The position numbers were made by a program, and so were the translations under genes. Below the pieces are notes generated by a model. The model saw only the letters and a program-made list of their open reading frames with translations. It searched no databases and was not told the DNA's origin. From contig JBJBDC010000001.1 in NCBI GenBank assembly GCA_047285535.1, positions 608,136-672,135 on the forward strand: 64,000 bases of DNA, in the 5' to 3' direction. Below are positions 19,132 to 30,471 of the stretch, one piece after another. The stretch's first letter is position 1, and each line of letters begins with the position of its first letter. The DNA is from Synechococcus sp. (lineage in GTDB: Bacteria > Cyanobacteriota > Cyanobacteriia > PCC-6307 > Cyanobiaceae).

Positions 19132-20196
19132 TCAAGGGTAAAAAGGTGAAAGTGCCAATCCTGTCTCTTCAGGAAAACCAGCCATCAGGTTGAGACATTG
19201 AATCCCCTGAGCTGCTTGTCCTTTCATCAAATTATCAATGGCGCTCATCAGCACCAGCCTGCCAGTTCTTTTATCCACCTGAACCGACAAAAAAGCTCGA
19301 TTGGTGTGTTTGGCCCACTTCGTGGCTGGATAGGTCCCAACAGGCAAAACCATTACACACTTGTGATGCCTGTAAAAACTTTCTAGGACGGTCGTGCAGT
19401 CTTCTGCAGTGAGACCTGGATCGCGCAATCTCGCATAAACGGTTGAGAGCAAACCACGCACCATTGGCACGAGATGAGGGGTGAATTGCAATTGAATTGC
19501 ACACCCAGCGACTTCACTTGCCATCTGTTCGATTTCCGATGTATGGCGATGGCCCACAACTCCGTAGGGAGTGATCGATTCAGAGGCTTCCGCCAACAGC
19601 AGATGCTCCTTGGCAGCGCGACCACCTCCCGATGTACCTGTTTTGGCATCAATGATCACACCATCCTGCTCTATGAGACCTTGCTTGAGAAAGGGCAATA
19701 GAGGTAGCAAGCTGGCAGTGGGGAAGCATCCAGGTGCTGCCACCAGTCGAGCCATTGCGATTTCAGGAGCATTCCACTCAGGCAATCCGTATACCGCCTC
19801 AGAGCACAGTGCAGCATCCTCTCGATGACAAAGGCGAGCTTCCTGGGCATAAACATTCGACCACTTCTCAAGCGAGCGATATCGGTAATCAGCAGAGAGA
19901 TCAACCACACGCACCCCTCGTTCCAAGAGGTTGGGCACTAAGCCGCTGGCCAGCCCATTAGGAAGGCTGAGCAAGGCCACATCAGCCCGATCGGCGATTC
20001 TGGCTGGATCAGGACTCTCTACCCGAAGATCATCTGCAAGCGGCAAAAAGGGGCAGAGCTCACTCCAACGCTTACCAGCACTCCGCTCACCACCGAGCAT
20101 GGTGATTTCAAAATTTGGATGAGACTGCAACAGCCTCAGGCTTTGCAAGCCCCCATAACCGGATGCTCCGATTACCGCAACTCGATTGATTGCCAT
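19132..20196 (-). CDS. argC: N-acetyl-gamma-glutamyl-phosphate reductase
   Basis: IGASGYGG, DLSADYR, AAPGCFPT, DNLMKGQA. Confidence 0.97.
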   Translation of the reverse strand: MAINRVAVIGASGYGGLQSLRLLQSHPNFEITMLGGERSAGKRWSELCPFLPLADDLRVESPDPARIADRADVALLSLPNGLASGLVPNLLERGVRVVDLSADYRYRSLEKWSNVYAQEARLCHREDAALCSEAVYGLPEWNAPEIAMARLVAAPGCFPTASLLPLLPFLKQGLIEQDGVIIDAKTGTSGGGRAAKEHLLLAEASESITPYGVVGHRHTSEIEQMASEVAGCAIQLQFTPHLVPMVRGLLSTVYARLRDPGLTAEDCTTVLESFYRHHKCVMVLPVGTYPATKWAKHTNRAFLSVQVDKRTGRLVLMSAIDNLMKGQAAQGIQCLNLMAGFPEETGLALSPFYP

Positions 20197-20296
20197 CACT
20201 GAGCAGAAAGATCGGCTGATCGTACTGGCGTCGATCATGATGAGTGCTTGTTGGATACCTAGAACGCTGAGCGATACAGCCAAAGCTGTCGAGCCC

Positions 20297-21907
20297 ATGG
20301 ATCAGATCTTTGATTCCATACCTGAAGCCCTAAGCGCTATCCGCAATGGAGAGTGTGTTGTTGTGGTCGATGATGAACGCCGTGAAAATGAAGGTGATCT
20401 GATTTGCGCATCGCAGTTTGCGACCCCTGAACAGATCAATTTCATGGCCACAGAGGCACGAGGGTTGATCTGTCTTGCCCTCGAGGGAGATCGGCTCGAT
20501 GCCCTCGATCTCCCTTTGATGGTTGATCGCAACACAGATGAAAACCAAACGGCTTTCACGGTGAGCATTGATGCTGGGCCTGAGCATGGAGTTTCAACAG
20601 GTATTTCTGCAGAAGATCGATCTCGGACCATTCAGGTTGTTCTTCAATCCGATGCGAGGCCCTCAGACTTGAGACGTCCAGGGCATGTGTTTCCACTCAG
20701 AGCCCGGTCCGGAGGAGTTCTTAAACGTGCAGGACATACCGAAGCGGCTGTTGATCTCGCCCAGCTCGCCGGGCTTATCCCATCAGGAGTGATCTGTGAA
20801 ATTCAGAATGCCGATGGCTCGATGGCCCGCCTACCAGAACTTCAGGACTACGCAAAACGCTTTGGCCTGCGTCTCATCAGCATTGCCGACCTCATCAGCT
20901 ACAGACTCCAGAACGAACGTTTTGTTCGGAGGCATGCGCATGCCGAGATGCCCAGTCAATACGGTCGTTTCCAAGCGATTGGCTTTCGTAATGAACTGGA
21001 CAACAGCGAGCATGTCGCTCTTGTGAAGGGTATCCCCGGACAATTGCAGGAACCTGTCCTGGTTCGCATGCATTCTGAGTGCCTCACAGGTGATGCTTTC
21101 GGCTCCCTTCGCTGCGACTGCGGTCCACAGCTAGAGGCTGCGTTGAGGCAAATTGAACAAGAGGGCGAAGGTGTTGTTGTTTATTTGAAACAGGAGGGAA
21201 GAGGCATCGGTCTGATCAACAAGTTGAAAGCATATAGCCTGCAAGATGGTGGTTTAGATACCGTTGAAGCGAATGAAAAGCTTGGATTTGGGGCTGATTT
21301 ACGAAACTACGGAGTTGGTGCTCAGATTCTTGGAGACCTAGGAATTCACCGACTGCGCCTGTTAACCAATAACCCGCGCAAGATTGCAGGTCTTGGTGGT
21401 TATGGCCTTGAAGTAGTCAGTAGGATCCCTTTAATCATCAACCCGAGTAATCACAATGCTGATTACTTAGCAACAAAACGGGACAAAATGGGGCATTTGA
21501 TTCATAAGCAGAGCTCTGATGATATTGTTACATTGGCTTGGGATTGTGGAGAAGAGCTAAGTGCAAACCTTCCAGATCTTCTTGGTAAAGCAGAAAAATC
21601 AGCATCTGAGCTAGGCCTCTCACTTCAACCGGAACAAACACCAAGACTCCTGGCCCTATGGGAACGTCCTCAGTTCGTCTGGACCCTTGCTGGAAATCCT
21701 TCTGCCATCAACTCGTTCCTCAAAACTCTGGCGTCTTGGAGTGAAACAAAACGACTTGGATTATTGAAGACTGAGAAGGCAGAACAGCGTTTACATCCTT
21801 CTTTACTACTCAATCGAGAGGACAAGAATCTGATAGATCTTCTTCGAAATGATTCGATTGGCTGGTCAGTTCAAGCTAACCAGCCAATCCTGATTCATTG
21901 GTCTTGA
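20297..21907 (+). CDS. ribBA: Bifunctional DHBP synthase / GTP cyclohydrolase II
   Basis: DDERRENEGD, RAGHTEA, RMHSECLTGDAFGSLRCDC, QEGRGIG. Confidence 0.97.
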   Translation: MDQIFDSIPEALSAIRNGECVVVVDDERRENEGDLICASQFATPEQINFMATEARGLICLALEGDRLDALDLPLMVDRNTDENQTAFTVSIDAGPEHGVSTGISAEDRSRTIQVVLQSDARPSDLRRPGHVFPLRARSGGVLKRAGHTEAAVDLAQLAGLIPSGVICEIQNADGSMARLPELQDYAKRFGLRLISIADLISYRLQNERFVRRHAHAEMPSQYGRFQAIGFRNELDNSEHVALVKGIPGQLQEPVLVRMHSECLTGDAFGSLRCDCGPQLEAALRQIEQEGEGVVVYLKQEGRGIGLINKLKAYSLQDGGLDTVEANEKLGFGADLRNYGVGAQILGDLGIHRLRLLTNNPRKIAGLGGYGLEVVSRIPLIINPSNHNADYLATKRDKMGHLIHKQSSDDIVTLAWDCGEELSANLPDLLGKAEKSASELGLSLQPEQTPRLLALWERPQFVWTLAGNPSAINSFLKTLASWSETKRLGLLKTEKAEQRLHPSLLLNREDKNLIDLLRNDSIGWSVQANQPILIHWS

Positions 21908-21910
21908 TGA

Positions 21911-22351
21911 TCAGTCGGTAACCGTAACAGATTCAATTCGACTGCCATTTTTCAACGCTAAGACCACATCCATGTCAGTTGTTTGCCCAAAAACTGTGTG
22001 AACTCCATCAAGATGAGGCTGGGCTTCATGAACAATGAAGAATTGGCTACCGCCAGTATTTGGGCCAGCATGAGCCATAGACAGTATTCCAGGCGCATGC
22101 TTTCTACTATTGATTTCGCAATCAATTGTGTATCCAGGCCCGCCTGTTCCTGGCATCCCTTTCGCCCCTTCACGACTGTTAGGACAGCCTCCCTGGGCCA
22201 TGAAACCATCAATAACGCGGTGAAAGGCAAGCCCGTCGTAGAAGCCTTCACGAGCGAGCTTCACAAAATTTGCGACGGTGTTCGGCGCATCTTGATCGAA
22301 CATTTCCAGCTTGATCTGACCGGCATCCGTCTTCATCAGGACTGTCGTCAA
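21911..22351 (-). CDS. Cyclophilin-type peptidyl-prolyl isomerase
   Basis: [31 protein letters not shown]; start (TTG 22351) inferred. Confidence 0.93.
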   Translation of the reverse strand: MTTVLMKTDAGQIKLEMFDQDAPNTVANFVKLAREGFYDGLAFHRVIDGFMAQGGCPNSREGAKGMPGTGGPGYTIDCEINSRKHAPGILSMAHAGPNTGGSQFFIVHEAQPHLDGVHTVFGQTTDMDVVLALKNGSRIESVTVTD

Positions 22352-22421
22352 GGCACCAATGGCAAAGGTCAATCTTAGGCAAGCGAGCAGGATGGATCGC
22401 AAAGTCTCTCATTTTGAAAGC

Positions 22422-23330
22422 ATGAGCACAGATCCTTCTTCTCTCCACACAGCGCGAGTAGGCGTTATCGGGGGCAGCGGCTTGTATTCGATCGAAGGGC
22501 TCGAGACTGTTGAGGAGGTGACCTTGGATACGCCATTTGGCCCCCCTTCTGATTGTCTCCGAGTTGGACAACTCAATGGTGTTGATGTGGTCTTTCTTGC
22601 CCGTCATGGACGTTCACATCACTTACTTCCAAGTGAAGTGCCCTATCGGGCAAACCTATGGGCCATGAGGTCATTAGGAGTGCGCTGGTTGATTTCACTC
22701 TCAGCGGTGGGGTCACTTCAAGAACATCTGCGACCTCGAGACATGGTGGTTCCCGATCAATTCATCGACAGAACCACGCAACGGCCACAATCATTCTTCG
22801 GACAAGGGTGCGTCGCTCACGTCAGTCTTGCCGAGCCGTTCTGTAAAAATTTGAGTGATCTTTTGGCAGCAGCAGCTCTCGGTGCGATGCCAACTGGACA
22901 TCAACTTCACCGAGGTGGCACCTACCTCTGTATGGAAGGTCCTGCCTTTTCTACTAAAGCTGAAAGTGAACTGTATAGAACCTGGGGTTGTGACGTCATC
23001 GGGATGACGAATCACACTGAAGCCCGCTTAGCTCGAGAAGCTGAAATTGCCTACGCCTCACTCAGCATGGTCACTGATTTTGACTGCTGGCACTCGGATC
23101 ATGATGCCGTCACCGTTGAAATGATCATTGGTAATCTCAAAGCCAATGCAACGGCCACAGCACCAATCCTTTTTTCCTTAATGGAGAAACTACGCTGTGA
23201 AAGGCCCTCATCGTCTGCTCATAGCGCCCTGAAAGACGCCCTGATGACCCCAAAAGAAGCTGTTCCTGAAGAAACAAGAAAACGCCTTGATCTATTGACC
23301 AGTGCCTACTGGGGCCCAGCCGAGGGATGA
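22422..23330 (+). CDS. mtnP: S-methyl-5'-thioadenosine phosphorylase
   Basis: GVIGGSG, LARHG, EGPAFSTKAES, GMT, VTDFDCW. Confidence 0.95.
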   Translation: MSTDPSSLHTARVGVIGGSGLYSIEGLETVEEVTLDTPFGPPSDCLRVGQLNGVDVVFLARHGRSHHLLPSEVPYRANLWAMRSLGVRWLISLSAVGSLQEHLRPRDMVVPDQFIDRTTQRPQSFFGQGCVAHVSLAEPFCKNLSDLLAAAALGAMPTGHQLHRGGTYLCMEGPAFSTKAESELYRTWGCDVIGMTNHTEARLAREAEIAYASLSMVTDFDCWHSDHDAVTVEMIIGNLKANATATAPILFSLMEKLRCERPSSSAHSALKDALMTPKEAVPEETRKRLDLLTSAYWGPAEG

Positions 23331-23331
23331 A

Positions 23332-24267
23332 TCAATCACGCGCGGCATCCAGCTGGATGCCGCGCGCCAAAAGCGCGTCACGTAGGTTGTCCTCATGCTT
23401 TTGAAGCAGGGTTTGAGCTTCTCTTAATTCCATGGATCCTGCTGCCATGAGCAGTGCACATTTCACTGATCCGTGAGCCTGTCTCAGCAGTGGGAGTCCT
23501 TTCTCTCGTGATAATCCAATCATATCAGAAAGGATTCTCAGTGATCGATCAACAAGCTTGCTATTGCTAGCTGCTACATCAACCATCCGGTTGCCATACA
23601 CCTTTCCCAATTTGACCATCACTCCAGTCGAAATGATATTAAGAGCCATTTTTGTTGCTGTTCCAGCTTTCAAACGGGTGGAACCTGTCAATAATTCAGG
23701 CCCAGTGATCAAGCGGATGTTGATATGGCAAGGCATGGGCACTTGTTCTGTTGGAACGCATGCCATTGCAATGGCCAAAGCATTGATGTCCTTCGCAAAT
23801 TGGAGCGCACCACGTACATATGGGGTGGTCCCGCCAGCTGCAATCCCTACCAGGCAGTCATTCTTGCCGAATTGATGCTGTTTGAGATCATCCACTCCCG
23901 CAGACTCGAGATCTTCAAGCCCCTCAGAACTGCGAAGAAGAGCTGGCGCGCCCCCAGCCAGTACCCCTTGCACAAGCTCTGGAGGGCTGCAAAAGGTTGG
24001 CGGACATTCAGCTGCATCCAAGACACCAAGGCGTCCTGATGTTCCTGCACCAATGTAAAAAAGTCGTCCGCCTTGGCTCAAACGCAAAGCCACCGCATCA
24101 ACGGCTTCCGCTAGAGCTTCAGAAGCACCCTCCAAAGCTTGTTGGGGTTTTCGGTCCTCTTCAATGAAGAGGTGCACCAAATCTGAAGTCGACAACACAT
24201 CCAATTCAGTGCTGCGTGGATTCGACTGCTCTGTCGTGAGAAACCCTCGATCCTCTGAAGGTTTCAC
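23332..24267 (-). CDS. murQ: N-acetylmuramic acid 6-phosphate etherase
   Basis: TEQSNP, GAGTSGRLGVLDAAECPPTF, GSTRLKAGTATK. Confidence 0.96.
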   Translation of the reverse strand: MKPSEDRGFLTTEQSNPRSTELDVLSTSDLVHLFIEEDRKPQQALEGASEALAEAVDAVALRLSQGGRLFYIGAGTSGRLGVLDAAECPPTFCSPPELVQGVLAGGAPALLRSSEGLEDLESAGVDDLKQHQFGKNDCLVGIAAGGTTPYVRGALQFAKDINALAIAMACVPTEQVPMPCHINIRLITGPELLTGSTRLKAGTATKMALNIISTGVMVKLGKVYGNRMVDVAASNSKLVDRSLRILSDMIGLSREKGLPLLRQAHGSVKCALLMAAGSMELREAQTLLQKHEDNLRDALLARGIQLDAARD

Positions 24268-24665
24268 AGCAAACCCTCCAAGCGTCGTCGCACATCATCG
24301 AGACCATCACTCACCTCTTGGGACTGAACGTCATCGATCGGTTGATCCTCCATTTGCCAGTTACTAACATCTCGATTCGAACTGGGTGGAGCCAGCATCA
24401 AGCGTTCGTCATCAGTTGTCGGAACAAAGCCATTCTCCACGAGTCGAGCTTCGTAACCGGCTTCTTTGCAGAAGAGTTCCACCTCATGTTGATCGAGAGC
24501 TACGACGGTTGGGGTTGGAAAATCCTGTGCTTCCAACAGGCCTGCATAACGTTCTGCATCGTCGCAGTTTTCAAACATCAAAACCACGGTCTGACCAGAG
24601 AGTTCAAGGGAATGAATGCCCTCACTGTCCTGACCGGCGTCATAAAGAAGGACGTGAACAAGCAT
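24264..24665 (-). CDS. DUF3110-family protein
   Basis: EGIHSL, VLMFE..DDAERYAGLLEAQDF and C-terminal RRRLEGLL. Confidence 0.85.
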   Translation of the reverse strand: MLVHVLLYDAGQDSEGIHSLELSGQTVVLMFENCDDAERYAGLLEAQDFPTPTVVALDQHEVELFCKEAGYEARLVENGFVPTTDDERLMLAPPSSNRDVSNWQMEDQPIDDVQSQEVSDGLDDVRRRLEGLL

Positions 24666-24709
24666 GAGGTGTGTGACGTCAGTTTCAGTCTCTCATCGCA
24701 AGTCCTGGT

Positions 24710-25618
24710 TTAGAGACGCCCCTGATCCAAGCTCAATTCCTGAAGTCGTTGATAAAGAGCCTGTTCATCATCATTCAGATGAGCAGGAATGACGATGACC
24801 ACTTCCACGAGTTGATCACCTTGTTTGTCGTCCCAGGCGAGACCACGTTGGCGAAGTCGTAACAACCGGCCGCTGGAAGAACCAGGAGGAACTTGAAGGG
24901 TGACGGAACCCGACAACGTTGGTACATCGACAGCGCACCCCAGTGCTGCATCGGGTGGGAATAGCTCTAGGCGGTAATGAACTCGCAATCCATCTATGCG
25001 AAGCCCATCTTCAGTCACCACTTGAAGATGTAAAAAATGATCGCGACCGCCGGGCGCCACACCCTCCAGCCGAAGTCTCCAGCCGTCTCCTGCAAAAGGA
25101 GGTGTATCCAGCTCAATGACAGTGCCATCTGAAAGTTCGAGGTTCACTGTTGTGCCGTGCAGCGCTTGATCGGGGGTCAGTGAAACTGTGGTCTCAAGAT
25201 TTTCTTGCGAGCGAATCGGAGGAGGTGGTTGAGGCGATGCCGTAGGTCTGCGCTCGGGTGGCTCATGAGGATCATCATCTAGGGGATGGGATCCTGGAGG
25301 CTCCTGACGCGTATCTATCCCAAGAACAACGGCCAGATACTCCTCAAAGTCTGGAAAACCTGATGCAAAAGGGTCTTGAGTACTGGATTGGCCGTTGCGA
25401 CGTTGTTCCCAGGCGATCCGCTTGTTGTGATCACTCAGGACGGCATAGGCCTCATTGACGAGCTTGAAACGTTCCTCTGCCTGGCGATCATTACCATTGA
25501 GATCGGGGTGCCAACGCCTGGCTTCCCGCCTAAAGGCACTCTTCAGTGATTCCCCATCACTGCCAGGATCTAGGCCAAGGAGTGCCCAATAGTCGGGATC
25601 AGCGATAGAAGTCATCAT
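24710..25618 (-). CDS. DnaJ-class co-chaperone (J domain plus DnaJ C-terminal domain)
   Basis: HPD motif (WHPDLN), no zinc finger; directly downstream of dnaK. Confidence 0.92.
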   Translation of the reverse strand: MMTSIADPDYWALLGLDPGSDGESLKSAFRREARRWHPDLNGNDRQAEERFKLVNEAYAVLSDHNKRIAWEQRRNGQSSTQDPFASGFPDFEEYLAVVLGIDTRQEPPGSHPLDDDPHEPPERRPTASPQPPPPIRSQENLETTVSLTPDQALHGTTVNLELSDGTVIELDTPPFAGDGWRLRLEGVAPGGRDHFLHLQVVTEDGLRIDGLRVHYRLELFPPDAALGCAVDVPTLSGSVTLQVPPGSSSGRLLRLRQRGLAWDDKQGDQLVEVVIVIPAHLNDDEQALYQRLQELSLDQGRL

Positions 25619-27593
25619 CCCAGGGATCCATTCCTCGACGTCCCGTTCTCATGCGTTCATCAGAACGACTAGGTCCTGTGGACCAAGGGTCATCATCCCA
25701 ATCATCGTCTGCGAATAGTTCATCCTTCAGCGTCCCGAGTGTGCTGCGAATCCCCTGTAATGGGCCCCCCTCGCTAGTTCGTTCTGCGGAGAGTCGTCGA
25801 TTTAATCCAAAAAGGGCTTCTTGCAGGCCACTCACGCCAAGCTCCAATTGCTGTGGGTTGTCTTGCTCAAGAAAATCTTGGACATCGCGCATTGCCATCT
25901 CTACCGCTCTCTGTTGCCGTTCAGCGCCGTATGGACCGAGCTCAAGGGCAGCATCGCGTAATCGTCTCTCAGCTTGAGCGACCAAGGTGAGGGCTGCGTT
26001 GCGACGCTCGATCGCGGCCCGACGCCGTCGGTCGTCATCAGAACGAGCTTCCGCTTCCGCAAGAAGGGCTTGTAGTTCCTCTTCATTGAGATTAGAGCCA
26101 CCTTGGATCGCAACGGATTGCTTTCGTCCCGTTGTGCGATCTGTTGCACTGACTTGCAAGATTCCATTGGCATCAATGTCAAATGCAACCTGAATCTGAG
26201 GTACACCTCGGGGAGCAGGAGGAATACCTGATAAGCGAAAGCGTCCCAAAGACTTGTTGTCTTGAGCCATTTGACGCTCACCTTGCCAAACGTGTATTTC
26301 CACGGACGACTGATTAGCACCTGAGGTGCTGAACACATCGGATTGACGCACAGGTATGGGCGTATTTCTAGGAATTAAAACTTTCATCAGACCACCAACA
26401 GTCTCTAATCCAAGAGACAGTGGTGTGACGTCATTGAGCAGCAGGTCTCTCAACTCACCAGTGATGATTCCAGCTTGGACCGCTGCCCCAACAGCAACAA
26501 CCTCATCAGGGTTAACTGATTGACAGGGATCATGAGGAATCAATGTTCTCACAAGTTGCATCACCATTGGCATCCTGGTGCTACCACCAACAAGAACAAC
26601 ATCGTCGATGTCCTCAGCGAGCCATCCTGAATCCCGCAGAGCAGCCTGTACAGGTGTCAACAGTCGGTCCAGTAAGTCTGGGCAGAGACTCTCAAATGTT
26701 TTGCGATCAAGAGTGGTTTCAATATGAAGAGGTCCTTCCTGACCAGTTGCAATAAAAGGAAGTGAAATAGGGGTCGTAGACACTCCCGATAATTCTTGTT
26801 TGGCTTTTTCAGCGGCTTCAGTTAATCGTTGAAGGGCTTGACGATCTCTACGGAGATCAATCTCATGCTGTTTGAGGAATGTCTCAGCGAGCCAATCCAC
26901 AATGCGTTGATCAAAGTCATTTCCACCGAGTTGAGTATCACCGTTAGTGGCCTTTACATCAAAGACACCATTGGCAATCCGCAAAAGGGAGACGTCAAAG
27001 GTTCCTCCACCGAGATCAAAAACGAGGACACGACGAACTGCACTACGGTCAAAACCATAGGCAAGAGCCGCTGCAGTCGGCTCATTCAGGATGCGTTCAA
27101 TCGATAAGCCTGCTAGTCGGCCAGCGTCTCGGGTGGATTGACGTTGAGCGTCATTGAAATAGGCAGGAACCGTGAGGACTGCGGTATCAACTGATTCACC
27201 TAAGTAGGTACTGGCATCATCGACAAGCTTGCGCAGGATGCTGGACACCAGTTCTTCGGGGGCATACTCCCTTTCTGTCTGAGGACAAGCTACTCGGACA
27301 TTTCCCTGGTGATTTGCTCTGACCGTATAAGGAACTGTCAGTGTGCTGTCGTCCAGTTCGTCCCAATCCCGACCTACAAATCGCTTGAGATTTGAAAAGG
27401 TGTTGCGTGGATTGAGAACCAATTGACGACGTGCAGGCTGCCCAACCAACAGCTCTTCATCTTTGGTGTATCCAACGACAGATGGAGTCGTCCTCGTACC
27501 TTCGGCATTGGCAATCACTACCGGCCGACCAGCTTCAAGCACGGCCACTACAGAGTTAGTAGTACCTAGGTCGATTCCGACGATCCGGCCCAT
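25599..27593 (-). CDS. dnaK: Chaperone DnaK (Hsp70 paralogue)
   Basis: GIDLGTTNS, TVPAYFND, DLGGGTFDVS; C-terminal WDDD tail. Confidence 0.97.
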   Translation of the reverse strand: MGRIVGIDLGTTNSVVAVLEAGRPVVIANAEGTRTTPSVVGYTKDEELLVGQPARRQLVLNPRNTFSNLKRFVGRDWDELDDSTLTVPYTVRANHQGNVRVACPQTEREYAPEELVSSILRKLVDDASTYLGESVDTAVLTVPAYFNDAQRQSTRDAGRLAGLSIERILNEPTAAALAYGFDRSAVRRVLVFDLGGGTFDVSLLRIANGVFDVKATNGDTQLGGNDFDQRIVDWLAETFLKQHEIDLRRDRQALQRLTEAAEKAKQELSGVSTTPISLPFIATGQEGPLHIETTLDRKTFESLCPDLLDRLLTPVQAALRDSGWLAEDIDDVVLVGGSTRMPMVMQLVRTLIPHDPCQSVNPDEVVAVGAAVQAGIITGELRDLLLNDVTPLSLGLETVGGLMKVLIPRNTPIPVRQSDVFSTSGANQSSVEIHVWQGERQMAQDNKSLGRFRLSGIPPAPRGVPQIQVAFDIDANGILQVSATDRTTGRKQSVAIQGGSNLNEEELQALLAEAEARSDDDRRRRAAIERRNAALTLVAQAERRLRDAALELGPYGAERQQRAVEMAMRDVQDFLEQDNPQQLELGVSGLQEALFGLNRRLSAERTSEGGPLQGIRSTLGTLKDELFADDDWDDDPWSTGPSRSDERMRTGRRGMDPWDDDFYR

Positions 27594-27734
27594 AACCTCG
27601 CTTTTGGTGACTCCAAGCTAACGGTCCAGCCCCCTGGAACCAACCACCTCATAGGGAGTTTTGCTCAAGTATCAAAACAATCAGAGGTCTGTGCAGCTGA
27701 GGGGCTAGATTTTGAGTGTTGGTTATTCAACAAC

Positions 27735-28682
27735 ATGTCAATTCAGAAGAGTTCATTTCTTCTCCGACATAGGCCAGCATCAGAGAAGTTCGTCGATGTA
27801 AGTTTCAAAAACATAGTGGTATTGATGGCTTCCATGGTTGCCGTGATACTTATCGGCATCTTTCTCGTAGTTTTATGGGGTTCTCTTGAATCTATGGGGA
27901 GGTACGGACTGAGATTCCTAGTGACCTCTGATTGGAACCCTGTTAAAGACGAATACGGTGCTTTTACAGCAATCTATGGAACCCTGGTTACCTCCTTACT
28001 AGCCTTATTCATTGCCGTCCCTCTGGGTGTAGGAACAGCGATTTTTATTACAGAAAACATAATCCCAAAAAGGATTAGGGGAGCTATCGGATTCATGATT
28101 GAATTATTGGCAGCCATACCTTCTGTTGTTTTGGGATTGTGGGCAATATTTATTTTAGAACCCTTTATTCGACCCTTCCTATTGTTTTTACATAATCATT
28201 TTGGATGGATACCTATCTTCAATACAGAACCACTAGGCCCAGGAATCGCCCCTGCGATTCTAATTTTAGTTGTCATGATTTTACCTATCATAACCGCCAT
28301 AACACGTGACTGCCTAAATCAAGTACCTATTAAACTTCGTCAAGCAGCCTATGGCGTTGGCACAACAAGATGGGGAGCCATTATCCACGTCATTCTTCCC
28401 GCTGCATTCTCTGGCATTACTGGCGGAGTCATGCTTGCCCTTGGAAGAGCCATGGGAGAAACCATGGCAGTGACAATGATTATTGGTAATTCAAATGTTT
28501 TTAGCTGGTCACTACTTGCTCCAGGTAACACTATCTCAGCAATGATTGCAAATCAGTTTGGTGAAGCCGATGTTGGGCAACTATCGTCTCTTATGTACGC
28601 AGCATTTGTCTTAATGATACTGACATTAATTGTCAATATCATTGCCCAGTTGTTTGTCAAACGGATGAGCCTAAAGTACTAA
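27735..28682 (+). CDS. pstC: Phosphate ABC transporter permease PstC
   Basis: LAAIPSVVLGLW, GRAMGETMAV. Confidence 0.96.
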   Translation: MSIQKSSFLLRHRPASEKFVDVSFKNIVVLMASMVAVILIGIFLVVLWGSLESMGRYGLRFLVTSDWNPVKDEYGAFTAIYGTLVTSLLALFIAVPLGVGTAIFITENIIPKRIRGAIGFMIELLAAIPSVVLGLWAIFILEPFIRPFLLFLHNHFGWIPIFNTEPLGPGIAPAILILVVMILPIITAITRDCLNQVPIKLRQAAYGVGTTRWGAIIHVILPAAFSGITGGVMLALGRAMGETMAVTMIIGNSNVFSWSLLAPGNTISAMIANQFGEADVGQLSSLMYAAFVLMILTLIVNIIAQLFVKRMSLKY

Positions 28683-28683
28683 A

Positions 28684-29586
28684 ATGACATATACAACTAT
28701 TTCCAGATCATCCCAAGGAGTTCCAGATCTCAACTACAAGAGCTGGAGACAAAGGAACATCTCGAGCCGCTTGCTCTCCTTGATATCAGGTCTATTTGCA
28801 TTGGTCTCAGTTGTCCCACTGCTAGCAGTTCTGTCTTATATTTTATACAAAGGCTTTGATCGTATTGACCTGGCTCTGTTCACACACCTTCCACCGCCTC
28901 CGGGGCTGGAAGGTGGTGGCATTGGAAATGCAATTATTGGTAGCATTGTTGTTACTATTTTAGGCGCTTTAATTGCTGTTCCGGTTGGCGTTGGTGGTGG
29001 TATTTACTTAGCTGAATACTCAACTGCTCGTGGCTTTTCCAGATTAATCCGATTTGGATCGAATGTACTTGCCGGGGTCCCATCAGTTATTGCTGGTGTC
29101 TTTGTCTATGGAGTGATCGTCTCAACACGGTTACTTTTTGGCCAAACGTTTAGCGCTGTAGCGGGTGGAGTCGCACTTTCTATATTGATGTTACCAACAA
29201 TTATTAAAACGACTGATGAAGGTCTGAAATTGGTTTCAGATGACCTCAGGAGAGCGGCATTGGGCGTGGGTGCATCAAAATTTGTCAGCGTGACTCAGAT
29301 AACACTCCCCAAAGCCTTTGCTCCCATTGTCACTGGAATCGTATTATCGATTGCGAGGGCCGCTGGTGAAACAGCACCTTTGATCTTCACTGCACTGTTT
29401 TCCCCATTCTGGCCAAGAGGAATACTTGAGCCGATTGCAACTTTATCTGTTTTAATCTATAATTTTTCATCATTACCTTATGAAGCTCAAATTGAGCTTG
29501 CCTGGTCCGCATCATTCATTCTTGTTGCCTTTATACTAATAACGAATATAGGTGCAAGATGGCTGACAAAATCATTCAAAGAGTGA
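28684..29586 (+). CDS. pstA: Phosphate ABC transporter permease PstA
   Basis: GVPSVIAG, ARAAGETAPL. Confidence 0.96.
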   Translation: MTYTTISRSSQGVPDLNYKSWRQRNISSRLLSLISGLFALVSVVPLLAVLSYILYKGFDRIDLALFTHLPPPPGLEGGGIGNAIIGSIVVTILGALIAVPVGVGGGIYLAEYSTARGFSRLIRFGSNVLAGVPSVIAGVFVYGVIVSTRLLFGQTFSAVAGGVALSILMLPTIIKTTDEGLKLVSDDLRRAALGVGASKFVSVTQITLPKAFAPIVTGIVLSIARAAGETAPLIFTALFSPFWPRGILEPIATLSVLIYNFSSLPYEAQIELAWSASFILVAFILITNIGARWLTKSFKE

Positions 29587-29649
29587 CAATAACAAACCCA
29601 TGACTACACATTTTGCATTTAATCAAATCATTCTCCACGAGACATCAAA

Positions 29650-30468
29650 GTGACAATCTCATCACCCAAGGCCCCAGAGGATCCCTTGCAAGACATTTGC
29701 ATTTCAATACGAAACGCAACAATTAGTTATGGCGGTTTTGAAGCTGTTAAAAATATTTATTGTGACATCCCAAGAGGAAAAGTTACCGCATTAATTGGCC
29801 CTTCAGGTTGTGGCAAGTCAACGATACTACGTGCTTTAAACCGTATGAACGATTTAATTGATGGTTGTACACTCAAAGGAAGTATTTTATTTGACGGGGT
29901 TGATTTATATGGACCAAAAGTAGATCCTGTAGAAGTGCGTCGAAGAATAGGTATGGTTTTCCAACAACCAAATCCATTTCCTAAGAGCATCTATGAAAAT
30001 ATAGCTTTTGGTGCACGAATCAATGGATATAACGGTGATATGGATGCATTGGTAGAGCAGTCATTGCGTCAAGCTGCTATCTGGGATGAATGCAAAGATA
30101 AGCTAAAACAAAGTGGAAATTCACTCTCAGGTGGACAACAACAACGGCTTTGTATCGCACGTACGATCGCCATTCAGCCAGAGGTCATTCTGATGGACGA
30201 ACCATGCTCAGCCCTCGATCCAATCTCAACTTTAAAAATTGAGGAAACGATGCACGAGCTTAAAAAGCGATTCACTATTGTCATCGTCACTCACAATATG
30301 CAGCAGGCTGTTCGTGTTAGTGACATGACTGCCTTCTTCAATGCAGAAGCGGTTCAAGGCGGATCAGGGAAAGTCGGTTACCTTGTTGAATACAATGACA
30401 CAGACAGGATTTTCAATTCACCTTTGCAGCAAGCAACAAAGGATTACGTCTCCGGGCGTTTTGGATGA
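29650..30468 (+). CDS. pstB: Phosphate ABC transporter ATP-binding protein
   Basis: [42 protein letters not shown]. Confidence 0.97.
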   Translation: MTISSPKAPEDPLQDICISIRNATISYGGFEAVKNIYCDIPRGKVTALIGPSGCGKSTILRALNRMNDLIDGCTLKGSILFDGVDLYGPKVDPVEVRRRIGMVFQQPNPFPKSIYENIAFGARINGYNGDMDALVEQSLRQAAIWDECKDKLKQSGNSLSGGQQQRLCIARTIAIQPEVILMDEPCSALDPISTLKIEETMHELKKRFTIVIVTHNMQQAVRVSDMTAFFNAEAVQGGSGKVGYLVEYNDTDRIFNSPLQQATKDYVSGRFG

Positions 30469-30471
30469 TTA

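Noticed and set aside
27735..30468. pstCAB without pstS as an anomaly
   Set aside because: Separation of pstS from pstCAB is a known arrangement in marine picocyanobacteria; I saw no clear Pho box upstream.
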